From contig NC_089431.1 of the NCBI RefSeq assembly GCF_026210795.1, forward strand, positions 4,154,001 through 4,218,000: a stretch of DNA of 64,000 nucleotides, read 5' to 3'. Made by a program: the position numbers and the translations under genes. The notes below the pieces were generated by a model. That model was not told the origin of the DNA. It made no database searches and saw nothing but the letters and a program-made list of their open reading frames with translations. Positions 1 to 13,677 of this stretch are shown in pieces (the stretch's first letter is position 1; every line of letters begins with the position of its first letter). Source of the DNA: Rhizophagus irregularis (Eukaryota).

Positions 1-1214
1 ATCTTTAGTACTGCTATAATCACCAGCAGATTTCCATTCAACTGGATTATACCCTCCAAGGATTTTATCACTACCTTTCACTTTAACAATTGTTACAGTA
101 CGAGGTTGATTATCACAGATTTCATGAAATTTATTAACAGAAAACCCATCACGAGATCCACAAAGCATTAATTTGAATTCGTATGAAGCTGATCTATCAA
201 TCCATTTTGAAATTAATTCAACATGTTGAATTGTAATAATTTTTGAATCGATGTATTTACGAGGTATTGATTTGCCACTTGGTCTGCTATAAGGATGTAA
301 ATTTAAAAAAATTTTCAATAAATCTACGCATAATTCCTTTGGTAAAATTTTCTTATAAGGTAACACTTTATCAGAAAATTCTTTAGAAGTAAAATTACAA
401 AATCTAATAAAAGGAATACATTGTCGCAACGTATTTTTTAATGTATTAAAATCATCTTTTAAAAAATTTGTAGGATCAGAGGGAAGTTCAGGATTTTGAG
501 CAAATCCCCATTTAAGCACATGTTCCCAAACCTGGATTTCACTCATCTGAAGTTCATCATTTTGAATAATTAAAATCAAAACTTTTTCCGGAATTAAAGA
601 GAAGTTAAGCGATTTGAGTATCTTATCTGGTTTCTTTATTATAAAATCGTTACAATACCTTTGAAGTTCTAAGAAAGAATCATTTTTAAAACTCGTCTGA
701 TACACCAGGTTAAAATTTTGTTCTATCCAACTTGCATTGTTTTCAACCAAAAAAGATTGTAAATAGTTGTTCAATTCCTGAAGACTTAATTCGTTAGCAG
801 TAACCAAAATTTTAAAGATATCAGAAATATCATCATATTCTTCCAAAGTAAGTTTTCCTCCATAAATATACCTAAGATAAAAAACGTACGTATGAATAAT
901 TTTAATCGCTCGGTTTTACGGTATTTATCATAATAATTTTTTAAATTTTTTTCTTACCTTAAAATTATCTGAAAAATTTCAGGTGAAATATTAGGTAATT
1001 TTATATGTACCAAAGTTCCATCATTATTTTTTTTATTTGTTGACAAAATTCTTCGCAAATAAGGAGAACGATAATTTAATATAACCATATGAGCTTTAAA
1101 TATTTTTACGTTAGGGTCATTACCAACTTCAATAGTAATATCATAATATTCGTCATCATCTAAAATTTCAAGTAAATTTTGTGATAATTTTGGTAAAAAT
1201 TTATTACCAGCCAT
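1..1214 (-). CDS. BTB/POZ-BACK-TLDc domain protein, 3' end runs off the window
   Basis: Exon 1 958-1214 (DITIEVG..FKAHMVILNYRSPYLRR, BTB). GT-AG intron 872-957. Exon 2 continues RYIYGG..QVWEHVLKWG (BACK)..GSRDGF..FHEICD (TLDc). Confidence 0.9.
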
Positions 1215-2844
1215 TATAAGTGTTATAATCGGTTTTACAATAAAAAAAAAAAAATTTTTAATGAGAGGGTGATGTTGAATTAATCTTTAATTTAACCTTA
1301 TATTCGTGATGTGCTGCCTCAGCCACAAATTTGCAGATCATCCAGTGACTGATTCATGCAAAATAGTAAATAATGGAAATACGCAAAGCTTCCAACAGGA
1401 TTACGGTAATTTTATTTAATAAAAGAATCAAAGATTGTTAAGATTTGGCATTTATTAAAAATATGTATCACTTAATACAAATGCTTTTACAGATTTATCC
1501 ATATTTTACCCAGATAAATCCGGTGATTATAACATGCCCACTGTATATTTGTAAAACATAAATAAATGTAATTTTTTAAAAAACAATTTTTTTATAATAA
1601 ACATCGGGTATATTATCATATTTATATTTTTATAAATATATCCAAAACTTTCATATTAAAATATCACCAAGGTTTATATTTATATGATCGTAAATCAAAA
1701 GTTAGAAAAGAACAATTTTTTCATTTATATCTAATAAAAAAAAATTACTTGTTTAGTTTTAATAAAAAAAAGATGATTTTATTATGAAAATAAAAAATCA
1801 AGCGTGTTTCATTTTTAATAAAAAAAATGATATTTTTTACTTGTATAATAAAAAAATTACTTATTTTAGTTATTTTTCATTTTAATAGATTTTTTTTACG
1901 AAAAAATCAAGTGTACTTTATTTTTTATTACCATTTTCAAAATGGTGTATGCAGTTATATTTGAATAAGAAAAAAAAGAAAACTGAATACCGATCAAATA
2001 TTGGTATTTGACACAACAAACTTCCCACATCATTTTGAAAAATTGTTATAAATAATAAAAAAATTGATTCTTATTTAATAAAAAAACAACTTTTATTTTT
2101 GTTTATAAGCCTTTTTTCCGTTTTCAATAAAATAAAATGACTTTTATTTTATACCCACAAAGAAAGAAGTAAATGATATAATTTAGTAAATTAAATTTTT
2201 AAGATATTGAAAATCTAAGAAAAGAAACAATGGATAAATATTTTTTACACTTAGTTTTCGTGGTTTTTTTTTAATTTTAATTCTAATAGTAAGTAATAAC
2301 AAATGAATAAGTTTGATCGTTCGATTTTTGATCGTGTTTCAAGTAGATAATTATTGGCTAACAGGATCGTGTAACTCGATCAGTGACCCGATTTTCCCGA
2401 ACTACAGAAAAGTAGAATTTTTTGATCGTATTTTAAAATAGGCAAAGCACAACAAAAATTTTTACGACAACGATCAGTGTACTCAATTTTGATTTTGATC
2501 ATATGTTCGGATTGGCTAACGGAATTTGCGATCAAAAATCCGAATGATCAAAATTGAACTGGCCTACTACGTGACTACGTGTCAAAGCAAGAAATATTCT
2601 GATTTTAAATAATCAATAAAAGAAAAACAAGTATAAATTACATTTTACAAAATAGCGACAATAGACGTATTTTTAGTCCTGTTTTAATTTTACGTTAAGG
2701 TGTACAAATTATTGAACATTAGGAATTATGAGGATAATAATAATATTATTATTATCTCTAGTTGAAATGTCATATTAAAATATTACATTAGTTTAAATTC
2801 CTTTTTTTTTTATTTCATGCTCCTAAACTCTTACCCGAATACCA

Positions 2845-3066
2845 GGGCCCCGAGCTATATATATAGAGGTAAGGTGCAGCCAAAAAAAAATTACTATTAG
2901 CTCTACGCATTTTTTCAGGGCCGGAATTATGATAATGCCAGTCAGCGTCTAAAAAAGGAAATAAATTCCGGCCGGCATTATTTATAAAAGGAATGATCTA
3001 CATGATTATTTTTGGTCAATTCTACGCAAACCCTTACCCTACCTTTTTATGTATAGCTCGGGGTCC
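2845..3066. mobile_element. MITE, Mutator-like (GGRCCCCG termini)
   Basis: About 30-bp imperfect TIR GGGCCCCGAGCTATATATATAGAGGTAAGG / CCCTACCTTTTTATGTATAGCTCGGGGTCC. Degenerate 10-bp flanks CCGAATACCA / TCGAATAACC. Confidence 0.65.
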
Positions 3067-3340
3067 TCGAATAACCCGATCATCATGTCCAAAAATTTTA
3101 TAATTTTCCTTAAAATACATATCTCGTTCTAAATAACGTATAGTAACTTCTGACCAAATTAAACTTCTTGTTACATAACACAATATTACATACTATTCTT
3201 TAATATACTATGCATTTAGAAATATTTGACATAACATTTATCAAAAACACTTATCTAACATTTAACTATTAATCAATTTCTACCCTTTTTAATATAAAAT
3301 GAAGTAAAAATATTTTACGAAAAAATTCTATAAATAAAAT

Positions 3341-5260
3341 TCAAGGTTTATAAATATCGATATCAAATTCAAGTTCAAGGGTGACGTAATCTACAGTCTA
3401 ACCTCGATATACCGATATTCGATATACCGATATACTATTAAAAACTTGATATACCGATAAAATTTTATTTTCCGACTATATGTGAGGACATATAAATATC
3501 GGTATAACTTTGATATAACGATATTTCCTAAAAATTTCATATATGTCCCGACATATCGTTATATGAAGGTTTGACTGTATATTCAATTAAAAATAAATAA
3601 ATAAATAAATATTATAACATATAATACCTAGATAATATTAAAAGTACTAATAAGTTATTTACCTTTATTAAAATTCATATTAATATTAATCAAATTCAAT
3701 TTCTTTCGTAAGAAAGTATAAATTTTAATTTAATTAAAATTATAAAATGTTAATATAATAAAATAAAAATTAGTTAACTAATTATTATTTACCATTAATT
3801 TCATTTCCACATAATTTTTTCCTTTTAATAATTTGACCTATAAAGTTTTGATTTATTAAAAGTTTTCTTAGTTAATTTACAAATCAAATAATAAAATTTA
3901 ATAACATAATACCATTGTCATCATTAACTTTAACTAAGTCTTCAAATTTTCTTTTATCTTTGAAAGAAATAATAATTATTAATAATAATATACAGTAAAT
4001 GAAACAAATTAAAATAGCTTAAAATAGTAAATCTTAGTTTTACCAGTTCTAAATTTATAGACTGACTTTTTGAACTCCTTAAAGCAAGACATTACAGAAT
4101 GAATCATTTTACTTAAAGGTCTACTCTTATAAATGGCACCTGGGTTATTCATTGTTACGGGCCCAATATCTGATGATTTTATAATCTTAGTTGGAATATT
4201 ATTATTACAATTTTTCTCTTCATTTTTCCACATTTCTATAATTTTATCATAAATATCAGTGGTTGTTTGTCTTTTCTCTGGATCAAAATGCCAGCATTCT
4301 TTCATTAATTCAACATATCCTTCAGGCGCATTTGTGACAATCGGTGGTCGTAAACCATCGCATATATCAATAATAAGATACGTATCATGACTTCGATCCC
4401 AAAAAGGTCTTCTACCTGTCATAAATTCCCACATAATCATTTCATAACTGTATATCTCTGAAGCTTCAGTATATTTATATCCTTGAAAAACCTCTGGTGC
4501 CATATAGGGAATAATACCATAATTCTCATTATTATCTCCAGATTCAGTTGCAGATTTACTTATACCTAAGTCACCTATACATACATGATAACTTCCGGAA
4601 TGTTTATTAAAAAAGATATTTCCATTACTAAAGCAATGTATCAAATCACCTAATTCATAATATGGCATAATAATCATGATATCATTGGTAATATTTACAA
4701 ATACAACTAACATTTGAAGAAAGTTGATAAAATATCTTGAGCTAATAACAAAATAAATACATTAATTTATTTATTTTATATAAACGTTTTGCTAATCAGT
4801 ATTAAATAAAGTACTACTATACCTCATTTAACTCTTTAGTTGTAATATTTTTGGAATTAACAAGTTTTTTGAGAACAACTGTATCATTCTTCAAACGAGT
4901 AATATTATCGATATTACGACTAATACTATACAAATGAATTGGACCATCAATCCAAGTTGCTTTATAAATTTTACTAAATCCTCCCTCAGCAATAAATTCT
5001 ATATTTTTGAATTGATCATAAGGAACAAACTCCATTTTCCCTTCACTTTTGGTAAGATTAATTTGTGTATATTTGATAAAATCATCAATAACCTTGTTTC
5101 CACTTGATTTAAAAACTGATTTTAATTTGTAACACAGACGACAAAACTGATGATCTTCCCCAAAAGGTATTCTTCTTCTATTACATCCGTTACATTTCTT
5201 GTATGTTTCACCTTGTTTTGATTTAACTGGTATGGTTTGTGTTGGCTGACTTAAATGCAT
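3341..5260 (-). pseudogene. Tyrosine-kinase-like (TKL) protein kinase pseudogene
   Basis: Close paralog of 23076-24964 (FIAEGGFSKIYKATW, GDLG, YMAPE; same small 3' exons). It has a frameshifting deletion near 4690 and lacks the HRDLHS catalytic loop (DLIHCFSN-GNIF). Confidence 0.85.
3394..3577. mobile_element. Tc1/pogo-type MITE, copy 1
   Basis: CAGTC..GACTG termini, TA duplication at 3392-93 and 3578-79, internal GATATACC motifs. Near-identical inverted copy at 13244-13416. Confidence 0.9.
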
Positions 5261-5529
5261 ATTGTCTGATATTAAAAAATCAATTTTATGTCTATAATTT
5301 GTTGATTTTTTTTGAAAAAGATTATTTTTGAATGTTGTCCTATTTATAAAAAAATATTTTCAGCAATAATATTGTATTAAAACATATAATTCTTCATAGA
5401 AGTTCATAAATCGAAAAAAGTTAATACTAATATAACTAATCCAAAAATGTATCCTTGAAAATGAAAGATGAACTTAGTAATATTAAACAATATGAAATTT
5501 CATTCATTTGTTTCATTCATTTGAAGACG

Positions 5530-5788
5530 TTGCATGATTTCCAGTAATTGGAACGTCGATCAATTTCTGCAAAATCGAACAACGAACACATTCCGAACAC
5601 GGCAATAAATGAAAAAATTTTTTTCCTTTATAAACTAAATATATAAACTTTAGTAATATAGTTGCATAAAAATATATTAAATTATATATTATCTACATAT
5701 GCATTCACCTGAATTTGTTGTGTTCGGTGTGTTCGGTGTAAAATATATATTCAACATTTCAGGTTACTAACATTTCTGAAAACAGCAA
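5530..5788. mobile_element. Degraded MITE related to 32942-33406
   Basis: Shares the ACATTTCTGAAAACRGCAA end and CCGAACAC / GTGTTCGG subterminal repeats; opposite orientation. Confidence 0.65.
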
Positions 5789-6182
5789 CAATCAATTTTT
5801 AAGATAAAAAATAAATCGGCTATTGAATATTAAATAAACACGTACGGTAATCATTAGTATCATCCGGACCCATGTCTTCTTCCGTCATTACATGAATCCG
5901 AGCTAATTTCACATCGGATCCAATGAAAATTAGTATAGCCGTCAATGACGTAACACAATATACACAATATGGCGCAACTTGAGATAACGTAACTAATCAA
6001 ATGTCTGCAGCCCTAAACTTAATTAATATTGGACTGGATTTTAATTTGGTCTTTGGCCGAAAAAAGTTTCATTGCAAGGTTCCATTTTATTATTATTTTA
6101 ATTTTTAAATTTGACATATTTAAAATTTTCATATAATCATGTAAAAATAGAATTTTCTATTGATTGAAAAAATTATTTGAAA

Positions 6183-7371
6183 AATGGATACTGAAAAGAT
6201 TATAATAAAAAGAAATATATTTCCACATTAGGTATTGACATAATTAATAATTTAGTAAAGCAACACGACAAACAATTTAAAAATAGAGAATTCTAGAGCA
6301 TTTGTAGAATTCTAAGAATGTTTTATTGATTTATAGAATTTACAATCGAAATTCTATAATGAAATTTTGTAAATAAATAAAGTTTCAATTTTGCTTGGAA
6401 AAATGTTTATTTATTTGGATCAATATTGTTTACGTTGTACAATAAAGAATGTTTTCTTGTTATACTTAAAGATTTAACAAATATGGTATTCGTCTACTTT
6501 ACTTTAAGCTATTGCACAAAATCCTACATAGTCGTCATATTATTTGAATAATAAATGTCAATTTATATAATTTGCATTTAATTGATTCTCATATGTTATA
6601 ATAATCATTCAGAAAAAAATAAAAAAAAATTGGCAAAGAATACATACAGTATCGATCCAAATAATATTCATGTAGGACATCATTAAAACGTATGGATTTA
6701 CAAAAGTTCCTGAATTATGGGATTATATATTCAGTTAGTTATGAGATATGCGCCAGGAGGAGATTTACATAAGTATTTGCAGAAGAATTTTAAAAATATT
6801 AGAATCAAAAAATACATATTTTAAATCAAGTCTCATATGGGTACTTATATTTTATATTTACTGATTATACTCTTTAAATTAGGTTATTAATTTTTTATAT
6901 TTTTTAGGTAAAAAATTTATGCATCGAGATTTCCATAGTGGAAACATATTATATGATTTAGGTAGTCGTGATAGATGGAATTTTAATCGACTATTCATTA
7001 TTGAATGGAAAATTAGAGATTTAGGATTATCACAAGCTGTAAATAATAGATCATCAAATAATGAAATATATGGAGTAATACCTTATATTGCACCAGAAAT
7101 CTTTAAAGAGTCTAAATTTTCTCAGAAAGCTGATATTTATGGGAACTTACTACGGGTAGTAAACCTTTTGCTAATGTTAAACATGATATTCATCCTAGAT
7201 GTAAGATTATTGATGGAAAACGACCTAAAATTACAAGATGATACACCAGAATGTTATGCCACCTTAATGAAAAGTTGTTGGGATCCTGATCCCAAAAAAA
7301 GGCCTTCTATAAAAAATATTTATAATACTTTAATTATGTATTTGGCTATTTGCTCTCAATTTAAAATATAA
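6183..7371 (+). pseudogene. TKL protein kinase pseudogene
   Basis: Kinase fragments YGFTK, MRYAPGGDLHKYL, HRDFHSGNIL, DLGLS, PYIAPE and CWDPDPKKRP are separated by frameshifts and deletions. Confidence 0.8.
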
Positions 7372-8374
7372 AAAATAAAAAAAAATTATTTTATTAAGTG
7401 TCAATAGTACATAATTATTTATATTTTATATTGCGTGATTGTTTAAAAAAACCTTTTACATTAATGATCACCTTCGGTCTTGAACCCAAAGGTCTACAGT
7501 CCTCCGGCAAAAGAATCGAATAAATTATTTAGCAAGTTTGAAATTATTTCGGTAAACATTCAGATGGCATTATTTTTCTTGTATTTTTATATAAATGTTG
7601 TTGTTTTAAGTTTATCGATGAACTAATATCATATTTTATGAATTTTTCTTTATTAAATAAAGACTCGTAGTCAATTTATATGAATACATGTCGAGAAAAA
7701 TAGAGAAACTATTAAATAATCTAAATTAATCATGGCAAAGATCACTATTATGATAATTGTAGACTAACGTTATTTTTATACACCCTATGTTAAAGATTGT
7801 ACAAAAAGTATACAAGGATGTGAAAGTAGTATTGAAAAATAAAAACAATATTACCATCTAATAATTTAACGATTTTTTAAAATACTGTAACTGTTTTTAA
7901 TGATAAAAATGTTTTGAAAAATAAGAGTTTAGAATCGTAGCTAATTTGTGTAAGCTCATCTTTTTTTTTTAAAAAAAAAAAAAAATATCTCGTTTTGTGA
8001 ACAAATTCCGATTTTTACCAGAGCGAAAGCGGACTACTTTTGGAATTTGTGTACTGTTGATCGTCACGTGGGTCATACTCTGATTGGACAGTTTATAACT
8101 GGCGGAATACCAATTAGTAGCCAGGTGATAAAATACGACAGGCAGTCTGACTTTTAACAGATTATCTAAAAACGCGTGATATTTTCGATAACTACAATAA
8201 CTATTGATTAATCATTGACGCGTTTTGTAAATAATTATGTAATTATAACGCCAACGCCAACTTTCATAAGCTTAACCAATCAGAATTTGAGGATAATACA
8301 ATATATATATCCTATCTATGCGAAAATTAAAAATTTCAAGCCTTTTTTATTTATTTGCTGGCAATATAAAAAAA

Positions 8375-9011
8375 ATGGCTTATCAACGTACTATTCTTCC
8401 GCTTCATTACAACCCAGGCCTTTCACCATGCAGCAGGACTGTATGGTTTCTTACTGGGTTTCTTTTTGGTTCTTTGGTTGTGTTGGCCTTTGGAAGGCCA
8501 TCACTTTTTTATGATTTCTTTAATTTTCTTTTTACTTTTTTTCATTTAGTTTTAGATTTTCACAAATCAGAAACTGGACAACAAATAGTTATTTATATCA
8601 AAAAACTATATAATAACTATTCAGTCTTCTGCTCTATAGGAAACTTGAAAGAACTAATGGAAAGGGGAAATCACATGGTACCTTCCCTTTTCATTTGGAT
8701 TTTTCAAGAATATCCTGAGTCAGCTGGACATGTTTTCAGAAGGTTTAATCTGATTGCACTTAATGTGATATATAATAAAATATCAGATTACCTTTTGGAT
8801 TGTGTATGTACTAATTTTAATATTTATATTTAAAATTAACTAATCTATTAAATTCATCATATTTACTTTTATAGGCAGCTGATTTTCTACTTCCTAACTG
8901 GATCTTCCTCAAAGACTGGATGAAGGGTATGGCTAAAAAGGTATTGATTTATGTATATACTAAATTTATTATTCCTCGCATTTTTTCTTCTAGGTTACCA
9001 AGTATTTTTAG
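8375..9011 (+). CDS. Small hypothetical membrane protein, 3 exons
   Basis: ATG 8375; exons 8375-8803, 8875-8940 and 8994-9011 join in frame across GT-AG introns. Hydrophobic segment VWFLTGFLFGSLVVLAF. Confidence 0.6.
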
Positions 9012-9639
9012 AAAGCATAGATTAACTCCTGAGGACATGGTCTGAATGTATCCTTTTCTTTAATAGAGCAGAATTGTCCAGTTTCTGATTATTATTTTTT
9101 TATTTTATTTTGCCTATTATTCATTTGATACCTGGCTTATGATTGGGGCAGCATCCAGGAAATATTTAATTTTTAATGTTAAGGAATGTATTATTTATTA
9201 TTGTATTTCGAAGGATTAGGGGTTGGACACTTCAAATTTTGATTTTTGGAAGTGACAGAGTATGGCGAGTGTAGGGGCCATATTCAATAGTTTTGAATTA
9301 ATAAACACAAGTAATTTTGCAATGTATGAATTAAAATTATTTCAGTTTTCTAAGTGTATTTAAAATGTTCAATTATTTTTGAGTGATCAAAAAAAAAAAC
9401 TCATATATTGATTTGAATTATAAAGTTGAAATATACAATATAATTGAAGGTAAAGAAATTGCACAAATAAGTACCAATGTGTAATGAGCATCTATGACAT
9501 TAAAGGTATGAAGCTTAAATTTTTTTTTGTAAATCCTATTTAAAGTGATAATAACTAAATACAGTACATAATGTTATACCATCAAGACATTCAATTTATA
9601 CATTTGTTATAATGACTTCTGAATGAAAACAATACATTT

Positions 9640-10300
9640 ATTCTTTAGAAGACATGAAATTTTTCATATACAGCAGTATTATGGGAGGATCTCACAATAG
9701 AATTACGTGACTTTGATTGATCGATGGGAGCAGTAGTGTATTCTTGCAAGATTTGGCTTTATTCCGCTAAGCTGATGATTTTACGACCTAACCTCAGAAA
9801 ATTATTCGTTTTCATTCCCCACTCTTTCATCTTCTCCAAAATCCCGATTCCATGTTCTCTGCCCAATGTATTCAGAGCCTCTGATCTTGATGGCTTCCTA
9901 TTCCATATCGCTAGAAGTTGTTGTAGAAATCCCTTCCAGTTCCATTAGCTTGTCCTTTACCTCTTTTAGACCTTTGGGTGCATCGTTGGATGCTTTATAT
10001 CATACATACTTTATTTTTTCGTCCGCGTAATGACTTCAACGATGTCCTCTGGCGCAATGTTATCTCGTTTATGTTTTATAAAATGTATATTTGTACTTTA
10101 ACTCATATTATAACGAAATTATAAGAGCCTAACGATATTACTGAATACATTTGGTTATCCGCAATAGCAAAGTGTGCTAATGTTTTTCCTCTATCAACTT
10201 CATTTTTATTGATTTTAATTTAACAATCTTTTTGCCAGATTTCAATTTCCACTTCAAGTAAATATAATAATCTTTGTAATTACGTTTTAAATTTTTTATG
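9640..10300 (-). pseudogene. Degraded coding remnant, possibly ankyrin-repeat-like
   Basis: Minus-strand fragments VDRGKTLAHFAIADNQ and WKGFLQQLLAIW..; multiple stops and frameshifts. Confidence 0.3.
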
Positions 10301-11540
10301 AATTTTTTTTTAATAATGAAAATAATTTTCGGATAGACAATTATTATTATCTTTTTCTAGACATTACATGACTAGGATTCCATAAACATGGAGATTTTCT
10401 CGATTTGTCGGGTGATATTACTTATTACTATATTACATGTTGCCTTTTACTTATCTTATTTACCTTCTACTGCTGTTGTGCAGTGTTGCATACAGACATT
10501 CCTATCTAATTAAATATTAATAACTGACTGAAGTGTGTTTAACAAGCTTCGTTTAAAATTAAATTACGGTATTATGACAAACTGATCAATGAACGAATAT
10601 TTTTCAGCTAGTTTAGCATTATTTTATTATAAAACACATTCGGAAGCTATGATGAAACTCAAATTAAAAATTATAATATTAAAAATACAATAGCCTTTTT
10701 GCTAAATAAATTACGTTTATCAACTGAATAAAGTTGCCGATTTTTGTCGTATCCCACATAATTTTCTAATTTAATTTTCATTATAAAGCGAATATAAAAT
10801 TGGAAATAAAGATCATGCTTAAATTTGAAAAAAAAAATACATAATATTTTATAATAGAAAATCATGTTAAAAAAAAAATTATTATCGAAGCTTTACTTCA
10901 GTAATTTTACCTGAACGCATAAATTTCTCGGCTATCAGCGGGTCATTATAAAAAAATTAATTAACGGCTATATAGATAAGATTTATTTATTGTTTAATTT
11001 GTTTTAATTACATTTTTTTTTTCCGGAAATGTGATATTTATTTAAAACTTTTGACGAACAAACTGCGCGTTCTGTGTGCGTACTGCACGTTTTGAAGTGC
11101 TTGTAACAAGTAACATTTGATTTAATAATTAAATTGTACTACATCCGAATTTCATAGATTTATTTTATTCTTCGGCACGAAAGTTAATTAGTTTTATAGA
11201 TAAATATATGACTTTAATAGCAAATATATATATAAATTTATAGAAAGAAAAAGGTTTTTTTTTTCCATAATTTTTACTTAAAAATAAAAATTTAATAAGA
11301 AAACTTAAAATAATAACGAATATCCTGGCTATATTCTATGTAATATGGTGCCGCTTTGTTGCTAAGAAGTAGAAATTGGTCCAATTTTAATATAAAATAA
11401 ATTTAAAAATTATTACTTTTTTTTAATCCAATTACTTTATTTTATATAAAATCTAAAAATAATCGTGATCCGTACAAAATCCCGAAAGAATGGCATAATG
11501 CTGTGCGGTTCGGGATTTTCGGGAATGTAATAAATACACT

Positions 11541-11755
11541 GGATTCCTTAATGTACAGTGGGGGTGTACATTATTAATGTACGAACTGGCCGAAGTTAAC
11601 GTTAACGCTATCACGTGCAAGTGCATAACTCCTAAACTCGGGCCAGTTTGTACGTTAATATTGTACACCCTTTTTTACGCCTTGCCAACTTCACATAAAA
11701 TAAATAAAATAAAATAAATAATATTGTACACCCTCACTGTACGTTAAGGAACCTC
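11541..11755. mobile_element. MITE, Mutator-like
   Basis: Long TIR TTCCTTAAYGTACAGTGRGGGTGTACA. Flanked by the 11-bp direct repeat ATAAATACACT (11530-40, 11756-66). Confidence 0.75.
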
Positions 11756-11783
11756 ATAAATACACTACCATAGTACTACCATA

Positions 11784-12924
11784 GGACCCCGGATAATTAT
11801 AATAGAGGTCACATCCGCAGTACTAATTAAAAATCTAATGAAATATACATAAATTTTGCCGTTTTGATATACATTTTTATCATATGACCTTATTTTGTAC
11901 TACAAATATCCTTTTTTATCATATGACATCAATTTACTAAAAAATAGGTCAAAATTTTATTTTATATTAAAATTATACAGCATTATCATCAATTGACTCT
12001 GTAGAAATAATCAAGTGTAATTTATCTATAGCTGAATTAAAAAATTATAGATTATCATTTCTTTTTTTCCTACGATCAAAAATCCCATATTTTCAGTGAA
12101 ATTTTCGCAATTTCCCAAAAATTCATTAATTCTAAAATCATAGCTAGTCTAAATTGTAACGCTAAGGTTTAATAAACAACCCCCATTAGAAAAGACAGCT
12201 GCGGAAGTTAAATGTGAATATTGCAAATGAAGGATCTTTTCAGCAGTATTATCAATTCTGGCTAACGGTGAAAGAGTCTCATAAGGAGTATCAAAAGTAA
12301 TAGAAAAGATATCAGATATATTAATATTTGAAACATGAACAGAATGAATATTAGGAGGTAGAATTGTAGAAAGTATTAATGTTTAAAAGTTTCTCGAGAT
12401 ATTTCATTTTGTATTGATATATAATGACATTAAAGACAAAAATTAAAACACGAAAACGCGTGTCTTAAGTCTTAACATTTTAAAAATAATTAATGGTAAA
12501 TCATATTGAATCTCTGGTAAATTTATCTGACATGAAAAGCAAATAAATTTAATAAATTTAAATAATTATATTACATTGTGATAAAAAAATGAACTTTTTG
12601 AATATAAATTTATTACGTTATCATTATGATAAAATTATCTCAAGCAAAATTTGCTATTTATATTAAATTTGATGTAACACTACTGCATATTATATTCCCC
12701 ACTATATTCCCCCTAAAATATACGCTTTATTAGAAAAATTACATGTGACCTTAAAATTTTACAAAAATTATATACTTATTTTACTGTGACCTAATTCAGA
12801 AGTATTCTATTTTTGCATGTGACTTTTACTTAAAATACCCGCTTTTGCATATGACCTTTTCATTAAAAATACAATAAAATATACTTTTTTTGTATATGAC
12901 CTTTATTATAATTATCCGGGGTCC
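11784..12924. mobile_element. Non-autonomous Mutator-like element (1.14 kb)
   Basis: TIR GGACCCCGGATAATTATAATARAGGTCA. Perfect 10-bp TSD TACTACCATA (11774-83, 12925-34). Subterminal ATRTGACC repeats. Confidence 0.9.
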
Positions 12925-13243
12925 TACTACCATAGTACCATGTGGAAAAATTCAATCCACGTGATGCAGGCTACGCCACAGAGGCGCAGAAAATCAATCA
13001 TCTGCATTCGGTAAAAAAATGGCTCATTTTTAGAATATTGCTATCTCGGAATTAATTTTTCTGCTAACCTTCTTTTGGTTAAAGTAGTTCCTATACAGTA
13101 TATATACAGTGTATAACTTATTTTATATAACTATAATCATGTGATCTAAGTTATCGAATCATTTATTTCAATTAATCGTTGTTTATAATCTGAATCAACG
13201 TGGCTATAAATCTATAATAATTTATAAAATAAATTGTCAGATA

Positions 13244-13416
13244 CAGTCAAACCTTTATATAACGATATGTCGGGACATATATGAAATTTTTAGAAAATAT
13301 CGTTATATCGATATTTATATGTCCTCACATATAGTGGGAAAATAAAATTTTATCGGTATAACAAGTTTTTAATAATATATCGGTATATCGAATATCGGTA
13401 TATCGAGGTTAGACTG
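13244..13416. mobile_element. Tc1/pogo-type MITE, copy 2
   Basis: CAGTC..GACTG termini with TA TSD; reverse-complement copy of 3394-3577. Confidence 0.9.
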
Positions 13417-13677
13417 TACTTGGATCACCGGGATAAAAGTGTTACTAATATAACTACGCATTTTTGGATAATATAAGTTATAAAATTTTCTGCTATTTTG
13501 CACCAAGTGTAAAGTAAATTTTTTATAATTTTCATTATTTTAAATTTCATAACTTACAATCGAATAAAAAAAAATTTTATAAATTTTACATTTTACAACG
13601 TAAAAGATTTAATTAGATTTAATTTCCAATATATAAATTTTCTTGATACCACACATTATTTTTTCATTTTCTAAATT

